This document shows, piece after piece, positions 1 to 7,244 of a DNA stretch of 16,856 nucleotides. Source of the stretch: a virus (lineage: Duplodnaviria; Heunggongvirae; Uroviricota; Caudoviricetes); IMG/VR virus record IMGVR_UViG_2516143027_000005, positions 1-16,856 of that record; one strand, written 5' to 3'. Position numbers and translations under genes: made by a program. Every line of letters begins with the position of its first letter. The first letter of the stretch is position 1. Under the pieces are notes generated by a model. That model was given only the letters and a program-made list of their open reading frames with translations. It was not told the DNA's origin and did no database searches.

Positions 1-2
1 CT

Positions 3-389
3 CGTGGCAATAACTGTCCCCTTGCTGAAAATTTGTACCAACAAGGGAAAGACAAATCAGCTGATGGAGATACCAGAACGGATATCACCCGCATGGATGA
101 CAAGGAGTTGCACGATTACCTGCACAGTATGAGCAAAAAAGAGCGCCGGGAACTGGCAGCAAGGTTACGCCTGGTGAAACCGAAACGGCGTAAAGACTAC
201 AAACAGCGAATTACAGACCATCAGCGACTGCAGCTCGTGTATGAACTGAAGTCCAGGGGATTTGATGGCAGCGAGAAAGAGGTCGATTTACTGCTTCGCG
301 GCGGCAGTATTCCGTCAGGAGCAGGCCTACGTATCTTCTATCGGAACCAGCGTTTGCAGGAAGATGATAAGTGGCGAAACCTGTATTAA
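3..389 (+). CDS. hypothetical protein, probably 5-prime truncated by the window edge; basic K/R-rich region
   Basis: Frame is open from the first base of the window to a stop at 387-389. The ORF track starts it at a TTG (33-35). No motif recognised. Confidence 0.4.
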   Translation, partial: RGNNCPLAENLYQQGKDKSADGDTRTDITRMDDKELHDYLHSMSKKERRELAARLRLVKPKRRKDYKQRITDHQRLQLVYELKSRGFDGSEKEVDLLLRGGSIPSGAGLRIFYRNQRLQEDDKWRNLY

Positions 390-483
390 TTACGCGGGTT
401 AACAATTCGTGCTCTTAATAATACCAGGTATATCAGGCTGATGAGCGTAAAAAAACGTTTTACATCAGTAAGATTATTATATA

Positions 484-499
484 CTGTAAATATAAACAG
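484..499. promoter_or_regulatory. LexA (SOS) box, CTGT-N8-ACAG
   Basis: Sequence ctgtaaatataaacag is a perfect match to the CTGT-N8-ACAG LexA consensus with an AT-rich centre. It lies about 45 bp upstream of the 542 ATG and overlaps candidate -35 (ttacat 460-465) and -10-like AT-rich hexamers. Confidence 0.65.
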
Positions 500-541
500 T
501 GGTTATGTGTACAGTATTGCTTTGGTGTCATAGGAGGAAAG

Positions 542-730
542 ATGCAGGACTATTTTTTGGAGTCTTTGAAGCTTCAGCGCATTGATTTTTTTCTTAAGCT
601 TGTAGCGGCTAGTGAGTGTAGTGATGAAGAGAAGGGGCTGGCCCTGCAGTGGGTTTCTGAACTGACAGATGAACTCATGGCAAAAATCAGAACTCACGAA
701 TACAACCGCTCAATGGATGTCATCAGCTGA
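542..730 (+). CDS. small hypothetical protein (62 aa), first gene of the LexA-controlled operon; possibly a Tum antirepressor N-terminal-domain analogue
   Basis: Strong RBS (aggagg at 530-535) before the ATG at 542; sits directly downstream of the LexA box. No recognisable motif. Confidence 0.55.
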   Translation: MQDYFLESLKLQRIDFFLKLVAASECSDEEKGLALQWVSELTDELMAKIRTHEYNRSMDVIS

Positions 731-740
731 GGTGACTTTT

Positions 741-974
741 ATGCGCATTGAAATAATGATCGATAAAGAGCAGAAGATTAGCCAGTCTACACTGGACGCC
801 CTTGAATCCGAGCTTTACCGCAATCTGCGCCCCCTGTATCCCAAAACGGTAATTCGTATCCGCAAAGGTAGCTCTAACGGTGTGGAACTGACCGGACTGC
901 AACTGGACGAAGAAAGAAAACAAGTGATGACAATTATGCAGAAGGTGTGGGAAGACGACAGCTGGCTGCATTAA
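741..974 (+). CDS. dinI: DinI-family protein (77 aa), prophage-encoded
   Basis: Starts MRIEI, contains DALESEL and ends KVWEDDSWLH, matching E. coli DinI (MRIEV...DALAGEL...ETWESADDWF) as I recall it. RBS gaggtg at 729-734. The ORF-track start at 669 overlaps the upstream gene and is less likely. Confidence 0.8.
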   Translation: MRIEIMIDKEQKISQSTLDALESELYRNLRPLYPKTVIRIRKGSSNGVELTGLQLDEERKQVMTIMQKVWEDDSWLH

Positions 975-1108
975 GAAACGTTGCTGGCGTCTGAACTTGT
1001 TTCTGGCGTCAGCAAGGTTGAACAACGAGCTGTGCGAGGCGTTAGCTCTGTAGTGCATGTCTATGCCGCATGAGATCGCATGATCGTTTGAGGATCGTTT
1101 TTGCTAAG

Positions 1109-1135
1109 GCCCGCCAGAACTGGCGGGCTTTTGCG
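1109..1135 (+). terminator. rho-independent terminator of the SOS operon
   Basis: GC-rich stem gcccgcca (1109-1116) / tggcgggc (1121-1128), loop gaac, followed by tttt. Confidence 0.6.
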
Positions 1136-1177
1136 TAGATCATGCAGGTGCATGAAAACCACTACATAAAGCGGGCA

Positions 1178-1196
1178 GGCGTGGCGGGGATACGAG
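1178..1196. other. candidate cos (cohesive end) site
   Basis: ggcgtggcggggatacgag followed by cgcgcgctg. This resembles the P2 left end as I remember it (GGCGAGGCGGGGAAAGCAC then TGCGCGCTG): 14 of 19 positions plus the shared flank. Confidence 0.45.
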
Positions 1197-1212
1197 CGCG
1201 CGCTGTGCGTGG

Positions 1213-1241
1213 TTGTAAAAGGAAATTGTTTTCGGTATAAC
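1213..1241 (+). promoter_or_regulatory. putative sigma70 promoter for the island 1 genes
   Basis: ttgtaa (1213-1218), 17-nt spacer, tataac (1236-1241), about 24 bp upstream of the 1265 ATG. Confidence 0.3.
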
Positions 1242-1264
1242 CACTTCCATTAGAAGGAGAACTT

Positions 1265-1510
1265 ATGAAAATTTTTGCAATAGTCATTACATGTATACTG
1301 GCATTGATTGCAGGATTATGGCTTTACATGGATCCTGGTTTTGATTCTATTGTTGCATTTTTGGCTGCAGTTAGCGCTTTAGCTGGATTACTTATCACTA
1401 CAAAAAATAAATATAATTCTATGAGTCAATCAGTTGGTGATAATTCAATTGGTGTCCAGGCTGGCGGTGATATTAAAATTGATTGTATAAATACAGGTGA
1501 TAAAAAATAA
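1265..1510 (+). CDS. small membrane protein (81 aa) with two predicted transmembrane helices
   Basis: RBS aggaga 7 nt before the ATG. Hydrophobic stretches IFAIVITCILALIAGLWLY and IVAFLAAVSALAGLLITT, then a polar C-terminal tail. AT-rich codons. Confidence 0.6.
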   Translation: MKIFAIVITCILALIAGLWLYMDPGFDSIVAFLAAVSALAGLLITTKNKYNSMSQSVGDNSIGVQAGGDIKIDCINTGDKK

Positions 1511-1519
1511 GGAGGATAT

Positions 1520-2377
1520 ATGTTTAGTGATAAACAAAAGCAACAAATAGGTAATAATTCGTATGCAATTCAAGCTGGAAATAATGTAAATGTTTCAGGG
1601 ATGTCGTTTTCCGAGGTTAGAGAACTATTCAACATTCTCTTCGAAAATCAGTTCCCAAAATTGAAAGATGTTGCTTATGCTGCAGCTCAAGAGAATGCAA
1701 AAGATTTTGAAGAGCGTGTCGTTTCGGATTTAACAAAAAACGTTGATAGATTGATTATTGATAAATTTTGCGATCCGGACGTTCAGGCTACATTGACTGA
1801 GGCATTAAAGTCATCAGCCAGAAAGGGAAAGAAAGCTAATATGGATGTGCTTTCTCAGTTGTTAGTTGAACGAGTCTCCAATAACAATGACGATTTTAGA
1901 GATATAGTCTTAACGGAGGCAGTTACTGTCGTTCCAAAGTTAACACAGCAACAAATATCACTTATAACGATAGTTTTTCTTCTCAAGAATGTTGAGATCA
2001 AAGATCCTGTTAATGGTGTTCGATTGGATTTGTTGGAGCACAATTTTAGAAATTTTGAACCAATGTATACTAATGGGTTTAATTTGTCTCAAGCCCAGAT
2101 ATATCACATTCAATATGCAGGGGCTTGTTCATGGAATACTTTTTTAGGGATAGATGTTGAAGACTATTTCATGGATAAATATCCGACTGATATAAAAGAT
2201 AAGAGTGCGTATATTTCAAATCTTAAGTTAGTTGCCCCTCATGTGTCTGCATTTTTAGAAAATTTTTCAAAGAGCAACTATCAAGGAATTGAACTAACAA
2301 GTGTAGGGCAAGCAATTGCTCTAGCCGTTATTTCAAGATACGTAGGAAGATTGGATTATAATATTTGGTTAAAATAG
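1520..2377 (+). CDS. hypothetical protein (285 aa), unknown function; candidate effector partnered with the upstream membrane protein
   Basis: RBS aggagg before the ATG at 1520, 9 bp after the upstream stop, so an operon arrangement. No Walker A or other motif recognised. Followed by a terminator. Confidence 0.6.
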   Translation: MFSDKQKQQIGNNSYAIQAGNNVNVSGMSFSEVRELFNILFENQFPKLKDVAYAAAQENAKDFEERVVSDLTKNVDRLIIDKFCDPDVQATLTEALKSSARKGKKANMDVLSQLLVERVSNNNDDFRDIVLTEAVTVVPKLTQQQISLITIVFLLKNVEIKDPVNGVRLDLLEHNFRNFEPMYTNGFNLSQAQIYHIQYAGACSWNTFLGIDVEDYFMDKYPTDIKDKSAYISNLKLVAPHVSAFLENFSKSNYQGIELTSVGQAIALAVISRYVGRLDYNIWLK

Positions 2378-2400
2378 GGCAGTATCTGCCCTATTTTATT
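2376..2400. terminator. bidirectional terminator hairpin between convergent genes (285-aa ORF and Q)
   Basis: Stem agggcag (2376-2382) / ctgccct (2386-2392), loop tat, with T-rich tracts on both strands. Confidence 0.55.
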
Positions 2401-3427
2401 ATAATTCATATGGTAGGAAAGAGATTATTTCATCACTCAACCATTCATTAATTTCTTTGATTCGCTTTTGCAGCGGTATCAACTCGTTGCGGACAAAAAC
2501 CTTACTAGCTTTCTCCACATCCCCAAAACCCCCAACATTATTAGGCATAATCCCCATCATTTGCGGCGGCACGCGGTGTGCCGCCATCATGTCATCCCGG
2601 CTCACGTTCTTGATATTCAGAAACTCATCCTTCGCCGCGACCTCTGACAACGGGATGATCTGAAGCCCGTCCTTTTTGCCGTTAGGCGAGTACATAAACA
2701 GGTTGCGGAAGTTGCCAGGGCCTTTGGCGCTTTTCATCGCATTGCGGAGGTTGTTCACATCCTCCTGGTTCTGCGCAGCGTCGGTCATGTACATGATGAA
2801 GCCAGCATGACTGCCGTTAATGTAATACTTTCGACGGAACAGCGTGGCGGACTCATTGAGCAGGGCGGACGGAATGGCAGAAAGATAGCCGGGCAGGCCG
2901 TAGATCTCCTGGTTAATGTCCGGTTCCATCAGATGAAAAATGCTGCCTTTCGTGAACTGATACGGCTGGGTTGTCATACCGTATTGCACAAACCAGTAGG
3001 TATCCAGGTCTAACCCGCGTCGGGTGTATTTTGCCAGAGCAGGCTCAAGGGCGATAACTTCACCGAAGCGGTTCGTGCGTTTCTCCAGGTAGGCGTTACC
3101 AAATACCAGATAGTCCTGCACAAAACGGGTAAATGCCTGCTGGCTGAGCAGCGGGTGGGGGATGTAGGTACTGGTCAGAATGTTGCACTTTACTGCAATC
3201 GGGGAACTGTGATGCACGGCAGCGCGGAAGGTGCGCGCCAGTCCGTCAAAGCTGACGGGTGGTTCATACCAACGGTCCATCTGTACGCATTCCACATAGT
3301 CCAGCAGTTCACGGCGGTCCAGAACCGGAACGGGATCGCCGAAGCTGAATGCTTCGGCTGAAGTCTGGTTTTTATGCTGGATCTGATTCATCGCCGCTGC
3401 GCGGTTTTTCTTACTCTTTCCCATCAA
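2399..3427 (-). CDS. Q: portal protein (P2 gpQ-like)
   Basis: 342-aa ORF directly downstream of the terminase gene on the minus strand with an ATGA start/stop overlap. Size and position match P2 Q. Confidence 0.85.
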   Translation of the reverse strand: MMGKSKKNRAAAMNQIQHKNQTSAEAFSFGDPVPVLDRRELLDYVECVQMDRWYEPPVSFDGLARTFRAAVHHSSPIAVKCNILTSTYIPHPLLSQQAFTRFVQDYLVFGNAYLEKRTNRFGEVIALEPALAKYTRRGLDLDTYWFVQYGMTTQPYQFTKGSIFHLMEPDINQEIYGLPGYLSAIPSALLNESATLFRRKYYINGSHAGFIMYMTDAAQNQEDVNNLRNAMKSAKGPGNFRNLFMYSPNGKKDGLQIIPLSEVAAKDEFLNIKNVSRDDMMAAHRVPPQMMGIMPNNVGGFGDVEKASKVFVRNELIPLQKRIKEINEWLSDEIISFLPYEL

Positions 3428-5190
3428 AAAATCTCCACAATATTGCTGGTATTGGCAGACTCGCCCTGCAGCGGTTCGTTAAACAGTGCGTGCATCGTTG
3501 CCCAGGCCAGATCGGCATGGCTGGCTTCTTCGCTGCGGCTGGCTTCATAGGTCGGGCGGTTGCCGCTGGCGGTGGTGGCGCGACGGATTGCCATGAATGA
3601 CTGCGCAATGTCGGTGTGCCCGGCGTCAAACTCCAGACGGCGGTGGCTGATAATGTCGTAGGCCTTGAGTACCAGGGCGTTTTTAACATTGGGGTTGTAG
3701 ACAAACTCCCGGACGGCAGGAAAGAACGCTTTCACGTTCTCATAAACCCCGTGACCAACGCCGGTTGAGTCGATACCGATATAGGTCACGTTGTACTGTT
3801 CGGTCAGTTTTTTGATGGCGTCAGCCTGGGCGCGGAAGTCCATCCCGCGCCACTGGTGACGCTCAAGAATGCGGAACTTACCACCAGGCACGGCTGGCGG
3901 TGCCACCACCACGCATCCGGCGCTGTCGCCGTTTTGCGTACCTTTTGCCGGGTCATAACCGATCCACACTTCGCGCCAGCCAAACGGGCGCAGAGCCAGT
4001 GCATGAAAGTCGGTCCAGACTTCCCAGCTGTCCACCATGCACGCCTGCAGCTCGCTGAGCGGAAATACGGACGCGAGATCGTCCACAAACTCGCACATCA
4101 GCAGGTTCTGGTATTCGTCCGGGCTGTACTCCATGCGCAACTGGTCAAGGTCGAACAGGTTACAGCCGCCGCGCACCGCATCTTCCACGGTGACTATCTG
4201 GCGGTATTGCCCGTCTGCGCACAGCAGGCCGGGGGCCAGATTGCTGTGGGACAGGTCGATGTCCACCTTGTCGGCCTTGTTGCGCCCACGGTTGAACAGC
4301 GCACCGGACCAGAACGGATAAGCACTGTGTGTCAGGCTGGATGGCGTGGAAAAATAGGTTTGTCGCCATTTTTTGTGAATAGCCATACCGGAAGCCACTT
4401 TGCGCAGCTCCTGGAATTTCGGTATCCAGAAATATTCATCCAGATACAGGTTGCCGTGATAACTCTGGGCCGTGCGGGCATTGGTGCCGAGGAAGTAAAG
4501 CGTGGCCCCGTTAGGAAGCACCATCGGATCGCCTTTCAACTCCACCCCCACTTCTTTGGCGAAGTCGATGATGTACTGCTTAAAGACGTGGGCCTGTGCC
4601 TTGCTGGCGGAAAGGAAAATCTGGTTACGTCCGGTAAGCAGGGCGTCAATCAGGGCTTCACGGGCAAAGTAAAAGGTCGCGCCGATCTGGCGTGACTTCA
4701 GCAGGTTGCGGATGCGGTTGGTTTTTCCGGCTTCCCACCAGTGGCGCTGGTAGTTGAACATGGAGGAATGGAAGATTTCTTCCAGCTTCTCAATCTGTTC
4801 ATCGGTGAAAACGTTCTTTTCCGGCTGACGGCGCGGGCCTTTGTTACGGTTGGCGACGTTAGGGTTTAAGTCGGCTTCGTTGCCGCCATTGTTAAACTTG
4901 CCGATCCGCGCGTGGCGTTCCGACTGGTGCGCCAGCAGGTCAATCTCTTTGAAATCTTTCCCTTCTTTGTGCTCCTTCATAATGAGCTGGCAGTAGCGTG
5001 CGGCGGTGGTGAGCTGCATCTGATCCAGCGGCCCATAGTCACCCCACTTGTCGCGTTTTTTCCAGCTGTGAACGGTTGCAACTTTCTCGCCCAGCATTTC
5101 AGCAATGCGGGCGACGCGGTATCCCTGAAAGTACAGCAGCATGGCCTGCCGACGGGGATCGAGATCTGCGGGTGTCAGTGTGGTGTTCAT
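3424..5190 (-). CDS. P: terminase large (ATPase) subunit (P2 gpP-like)
   Basis: 588-aa ORF divergent from the O gene. Size and position match P2 P. Confidence 0.85.
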   Translation of the reverse strand: MNTTLTPADLDPRRQAMLLYFQGYRVARIAEMLGEKVATVHSWKKRDKWGDYGPLDQMQLTTAARYCQLIMKEHKEGKDFKEIDLLAHQSERHARIGKFNNGGNEADLNPNVANRNKGPRRQPEKNVFTDEQIEKLEEIFHSSMFNYQRHWWEAGKTNRIRNLLKSRQIGATFYFAREALIDALLTGRNQIFLSASKAQAHVFKQYIIDFAKEVGVELKGDPMVLPNGATLYFLGTNARTAQSYHGNLYLDEYFWIPKFQELRKVASGMAIHKKWRQTYFSTPSSLTHSAYPFWSGALFNRGRNKADKVDIDLSHSNLAPGLLCADGQYRQIVTVEDAVRGGCNLFDLDQLRMEYSPDEYQNLLMCEFVDDLASVFPLSELQACMVDSWEVWTDFHALALRPFGWREVWIGYDPAKGTQNGDSAGCVVVAPPAVPGGKFRILERHQWRGMDFRAQADAIKKLTEQYNVTYIGIDSTGVGHGVYENVKAFFPAVREFVYNPNVKNALVLKAYDIISHRRLEFDAGHTDIAQSFMAIRRATTASGNRPTYEASRSEEASHADLAWATMHALFNEPLQGESANTSNIVEIF

Positions 5191-5236
5191 GGCACAAACC
5201 TACAGCCTTGAATGAAGGCTTTCCCCGCCTGCGGTT

Positions 5237-5254
5237 TGTGTGGTTGTCGGTACA
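5237..5254. promoter_or_regulatory. candidate Ogr-type late activator site (TGT-N12-ACA) in the P/O divergent region
   Basis: tgtgtggttgtcggtaca lies in the 142-bp gap between the P start (5190) and O start (5333). The motif is short enough to occur by chance. Confidence 0.3.
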
Positions 5255-5332
5255 AATACCGCGCATTGTTTCACTGCCCCCATCACCGCAACCATAAGGC
5301 TCCAGTAAGTTTTTTCTAACGGAGCACGGCTC

Positions 5333-6166
5333 ATGACAGTGAAAGCAAAGCGTTTTCGCATCGGGGTGGAAGGTGCCACTACCGACGGACGCGGAATCCA
5401 GCGTGAATGGCTGGAACAGATGGCAGCCAGCTACAACCCGGCGGTGTATACCGCGCTGATTAACCTTGAGCACATCAAGTCTTATCTGCCGGACAGCACC
5501 TTTAACCGCTACGGCAAGGTGACGGCGCTGTTTGCTGAAGAAATCACGGAGGGTCCGCTGGCGGGCAAGATGGCACTGTATGCCGACGTTGAGCCAACGG
5601 AGTCCCTGGTGGAACTGGTGAAAAAAGGCCAGAAATTATTCACCTCTATGGAAGTCAGCCCGAAGTTTGCTGATACGGGCAAAGCCTACCTGGTCGGCCT
5701 GGCTGCCACTGATGACCCAGCCAGTCTGGGTACGGAAATGCTGACATTCAGCGCCAGCGCAGCCCATAACCCGCTGGCAAACCGCAAGCAGAATCCCGCC
5801 AATCTCTTTACCGCCGCAGAGGAAACGGTGATCGAACTGGAAGAAATCCAGGATGACAAACCGTCCCTGTTTGCCCGTGTCACGGCGCTGTTTACAAAAA
5901 AAGAGCAGTCCGACGATGCCCGGTTTTCTGATGTGCATAAGGCCGTGGAACTGGTCGCCACTGAGCAGCAAAACCTGAGTGTGCGCACCGAAAAATCCCT
6001 TTCTGAGCAGGAAGAACGTCTGTCTGAGCTGGAGACAGTTCTGCAGGCACAACAGGCCGCCTTTAACGAACTGGTGGACAAGCTGAGCCATGAAGACAGC
6101 CGCCAGGACTACCGCCAGCGTGCAACGGGCGGTAACGCCCCCGCTGACACTCTGACCAATTGCTGA
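5333..6166 (+). CDS. O: capsid scaffolding protein (P2 gpO-like)
   Basis: 277-aa ORF, first rightward late gene, RBS ggag upstream. Position and size match P2 O. Confidence 0.85.
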   Translation: MTVKAKRFRIGVEGATTDGRGIQREWLEQMAASYNPAVYTALINLEHIKSYLPDSTFNRYGKVTALFAEEITEGPLAGKMALYADVEPTESLVELVKKGQKLFTSMEVSPKFADTGKAYLVGLAATDDPASLGTEMLTFSASAAHNPLANRKQNPANLFTAAEETVIELEEIQDDKPSLFARVTALFTKKEQSDDARFSDVHKAVELVATEQQNLSVRTEKSLSEQEERLSELETVLQAQQAAFNELVDKLSHEDSRQDYRQRATGGNAPADTLTNC

Positions 6167-6182
6167 TGGAGCACAAAACCTG

Positions 6183-7241
6183 ATGAAGAAGAATACCCGC
6201 TTTGCTTTTAACGCTTACCTGCAGCAGCTGGCGCGTCTGAACGGTGTGGCAGTTGAAGAACTGTCCAGCAAGTTCACCGTGGAGCCGTCTGTACAGCAGA
6301 CGCTGGAAGACCAGATCCAGCAGTCCGCCGCTTTCCTGACGCTGATTAACGTCACGCCAGTGACTGAGCAGTCCGGTCAGCTGCTGGGGCTGGGTGTTGG
6401 CAGCACCATTGCCGGAACCACTGACACCACCGCGAAAGAGCGTGAACCTGTCGATCCGACGCTGATGGTCGATGTGGAATACAAATGCGAACAGACCAAC
6501 TTTGACACAGTGCTGACCTACGCGAAGCTGGACCTGTGGGCGAAGTTTCAGGATTTCCAGGTGCGTATCCGTAACGCCATCGTGAAACGTCAGGCACTGG
6601 ACCGCATCATGATCGGCTTTAACGGCGTGAAGCGTGCGAAAACCTCCAACCGCAGCGAAAACCCGCTGCTGCAGGATGTGAACAAAGGCTGGTTGCAGAA
6701 AATCCGTGAGGATGCACCGGATCACGTCATGGGCAGCACCACCACGGGCGGTGAAACCACACCGGGTGCGGTGAAAGTCGGGAAAGGTGGCGAATATGCC
6801 AACCTGGACGCCGTGGTGATGGATGCCGTTAACGAGCTTATCGACGTGGTCTATCAGGACGATGACGATCTGGTTGTGATTTGCGGTCGTGAACTGCTGT
6901 CTGACAAGTATTTCCCGCTGGTCAACAAAGAGCAGGAAAACAGTGAAAAACTGGCTGCCGATATGATCATCAGTCAGAAACGCATGGGTGGCCTGCAGGC
7001 CGTGCGTGCGCCGTTCTTCCCGCCGAATGCGCTGCTGATCACCCGTTTGGATAACTTGTCCATCTACTGGCAGGAAGACACCCGCCGCCGTTCAGTTATC
7101 GACAACCCGAAACGTGACCGGATTGAAAATTTTGAATCCGTTAACGAAGCCTACGTGGTTGAGGACTACCGCTGCGCCGCACTGGTGGAAAACATCCAGA
7201 TTGGCGACTTCAGCGCCGCCGCAGCAGAAGCCGGAGCGTAA
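6183..7241 (+). CDS. N: major capsid protein (P2 gpN-like)
   Basis: Long stretches match remembered P2 gpN (RFAFNAYL, KFTVEPSV, QDFQVRIRNAIVKRQ, IGFNGVKRA, KYFPLVNKEQENSE, LSIYWQED). Confidence 0.9.
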   Translation: MKKNTRFAFNAYLQQLARLNGVAVEELSSKFTVEPSVQQTLEDQIQQSAAFLTLINVTPVTEQSGQLLGLGVGSTIAGTTDTTAKEREPVDPTLMVDVEYKCEQTNFDTVLTYAKLDLWAKFQDFQVRIRNAIVKRQALDRIMIGFNGVKRAKTSNRSENPLLQDVNKGWLQKIREDAPDHVMGSTTTGGETTPGAVKVGKGGEYANLDAVVMDAVNELIDVVYQDDDDLVVICGRELLSDKYFPLVNKEQENSEKLAADMIISQKRMGGLQAVRAPFFPPNALLITRLDNLSIYWQEDTRRRSVIDNPKRDRIENFESVNEAYVVEDYRCAALVENIQIGDFSAAAAEAGA

Positions 7242-7244
7242 ACC

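Larger units (their letters stand above)
1200..2400. other. AT-rich accessory island 1 between cos and portal gene Q
   Basis: Hand-counted G+C: 24 of 60 nt at 1321-1380 and 19 of 60 at 1541-1600, against 43 of 60 at 7261-7320 in the backbone. Own promoter-like signals, strong RBSs, terminator hairpin at the right boundary. Confidence 0.7.

Noticed and set aside
669-974. Longer 101-aa version of the DinI-like ORF starting at 669
   Set aside because: It overlaps the upstream 62-aa ORF by about 60 bp. The ATG at 741 has an RBS and gives the canonical MRIEI DinI N-terminus. The overlap is kept as a possible frameshift signature in the findings.
975-1108. Short direct repeat (ctggcgtc twice) and weak inverted repeats between the DinI-like gene and its terminator, as a possible small RNA or operator
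   Set aside because: Stems are short (5-6 bp) with long loops and there are no flanking promoter or terminator signals of their own; not distinguishable from chance.
1265-2377. Assignment of island 1 as P2 tin/old
   Set aside because: Neither protein has the Walker A ATPase motif expected of Old, and I cannot recall Tin well enough to claim similarity. Left as an uncharacterised pair.
3856-4695. 279-aa plus-strand ORF inside the terminase P gene, and similar long ORFs at 4037-4321, 4160-4369 and 3804-4088
   Set aside because: They lie antisense to or out of frame within a well-supported gene in GC-rich DNA. They lack RBSs and look like shadow ORFs.
5179-5196. Third TGT-N12-ACA dyad (tgtggtgttcatggcaca)
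   Set aside because: It overlaps the P start codon rather than lying upstream of a promoter, and the motif is short enough to occur by chance.
5636-6725. Minus-strand ORFs of 131-220 aa overlapping the O and N genes (5636-6091, 5686-6081, 6063-6725)
   Set aside because: They are antisense to the scaffold and major capsid genes, which match P2 proteins; typical high-GC shadow ORFs.
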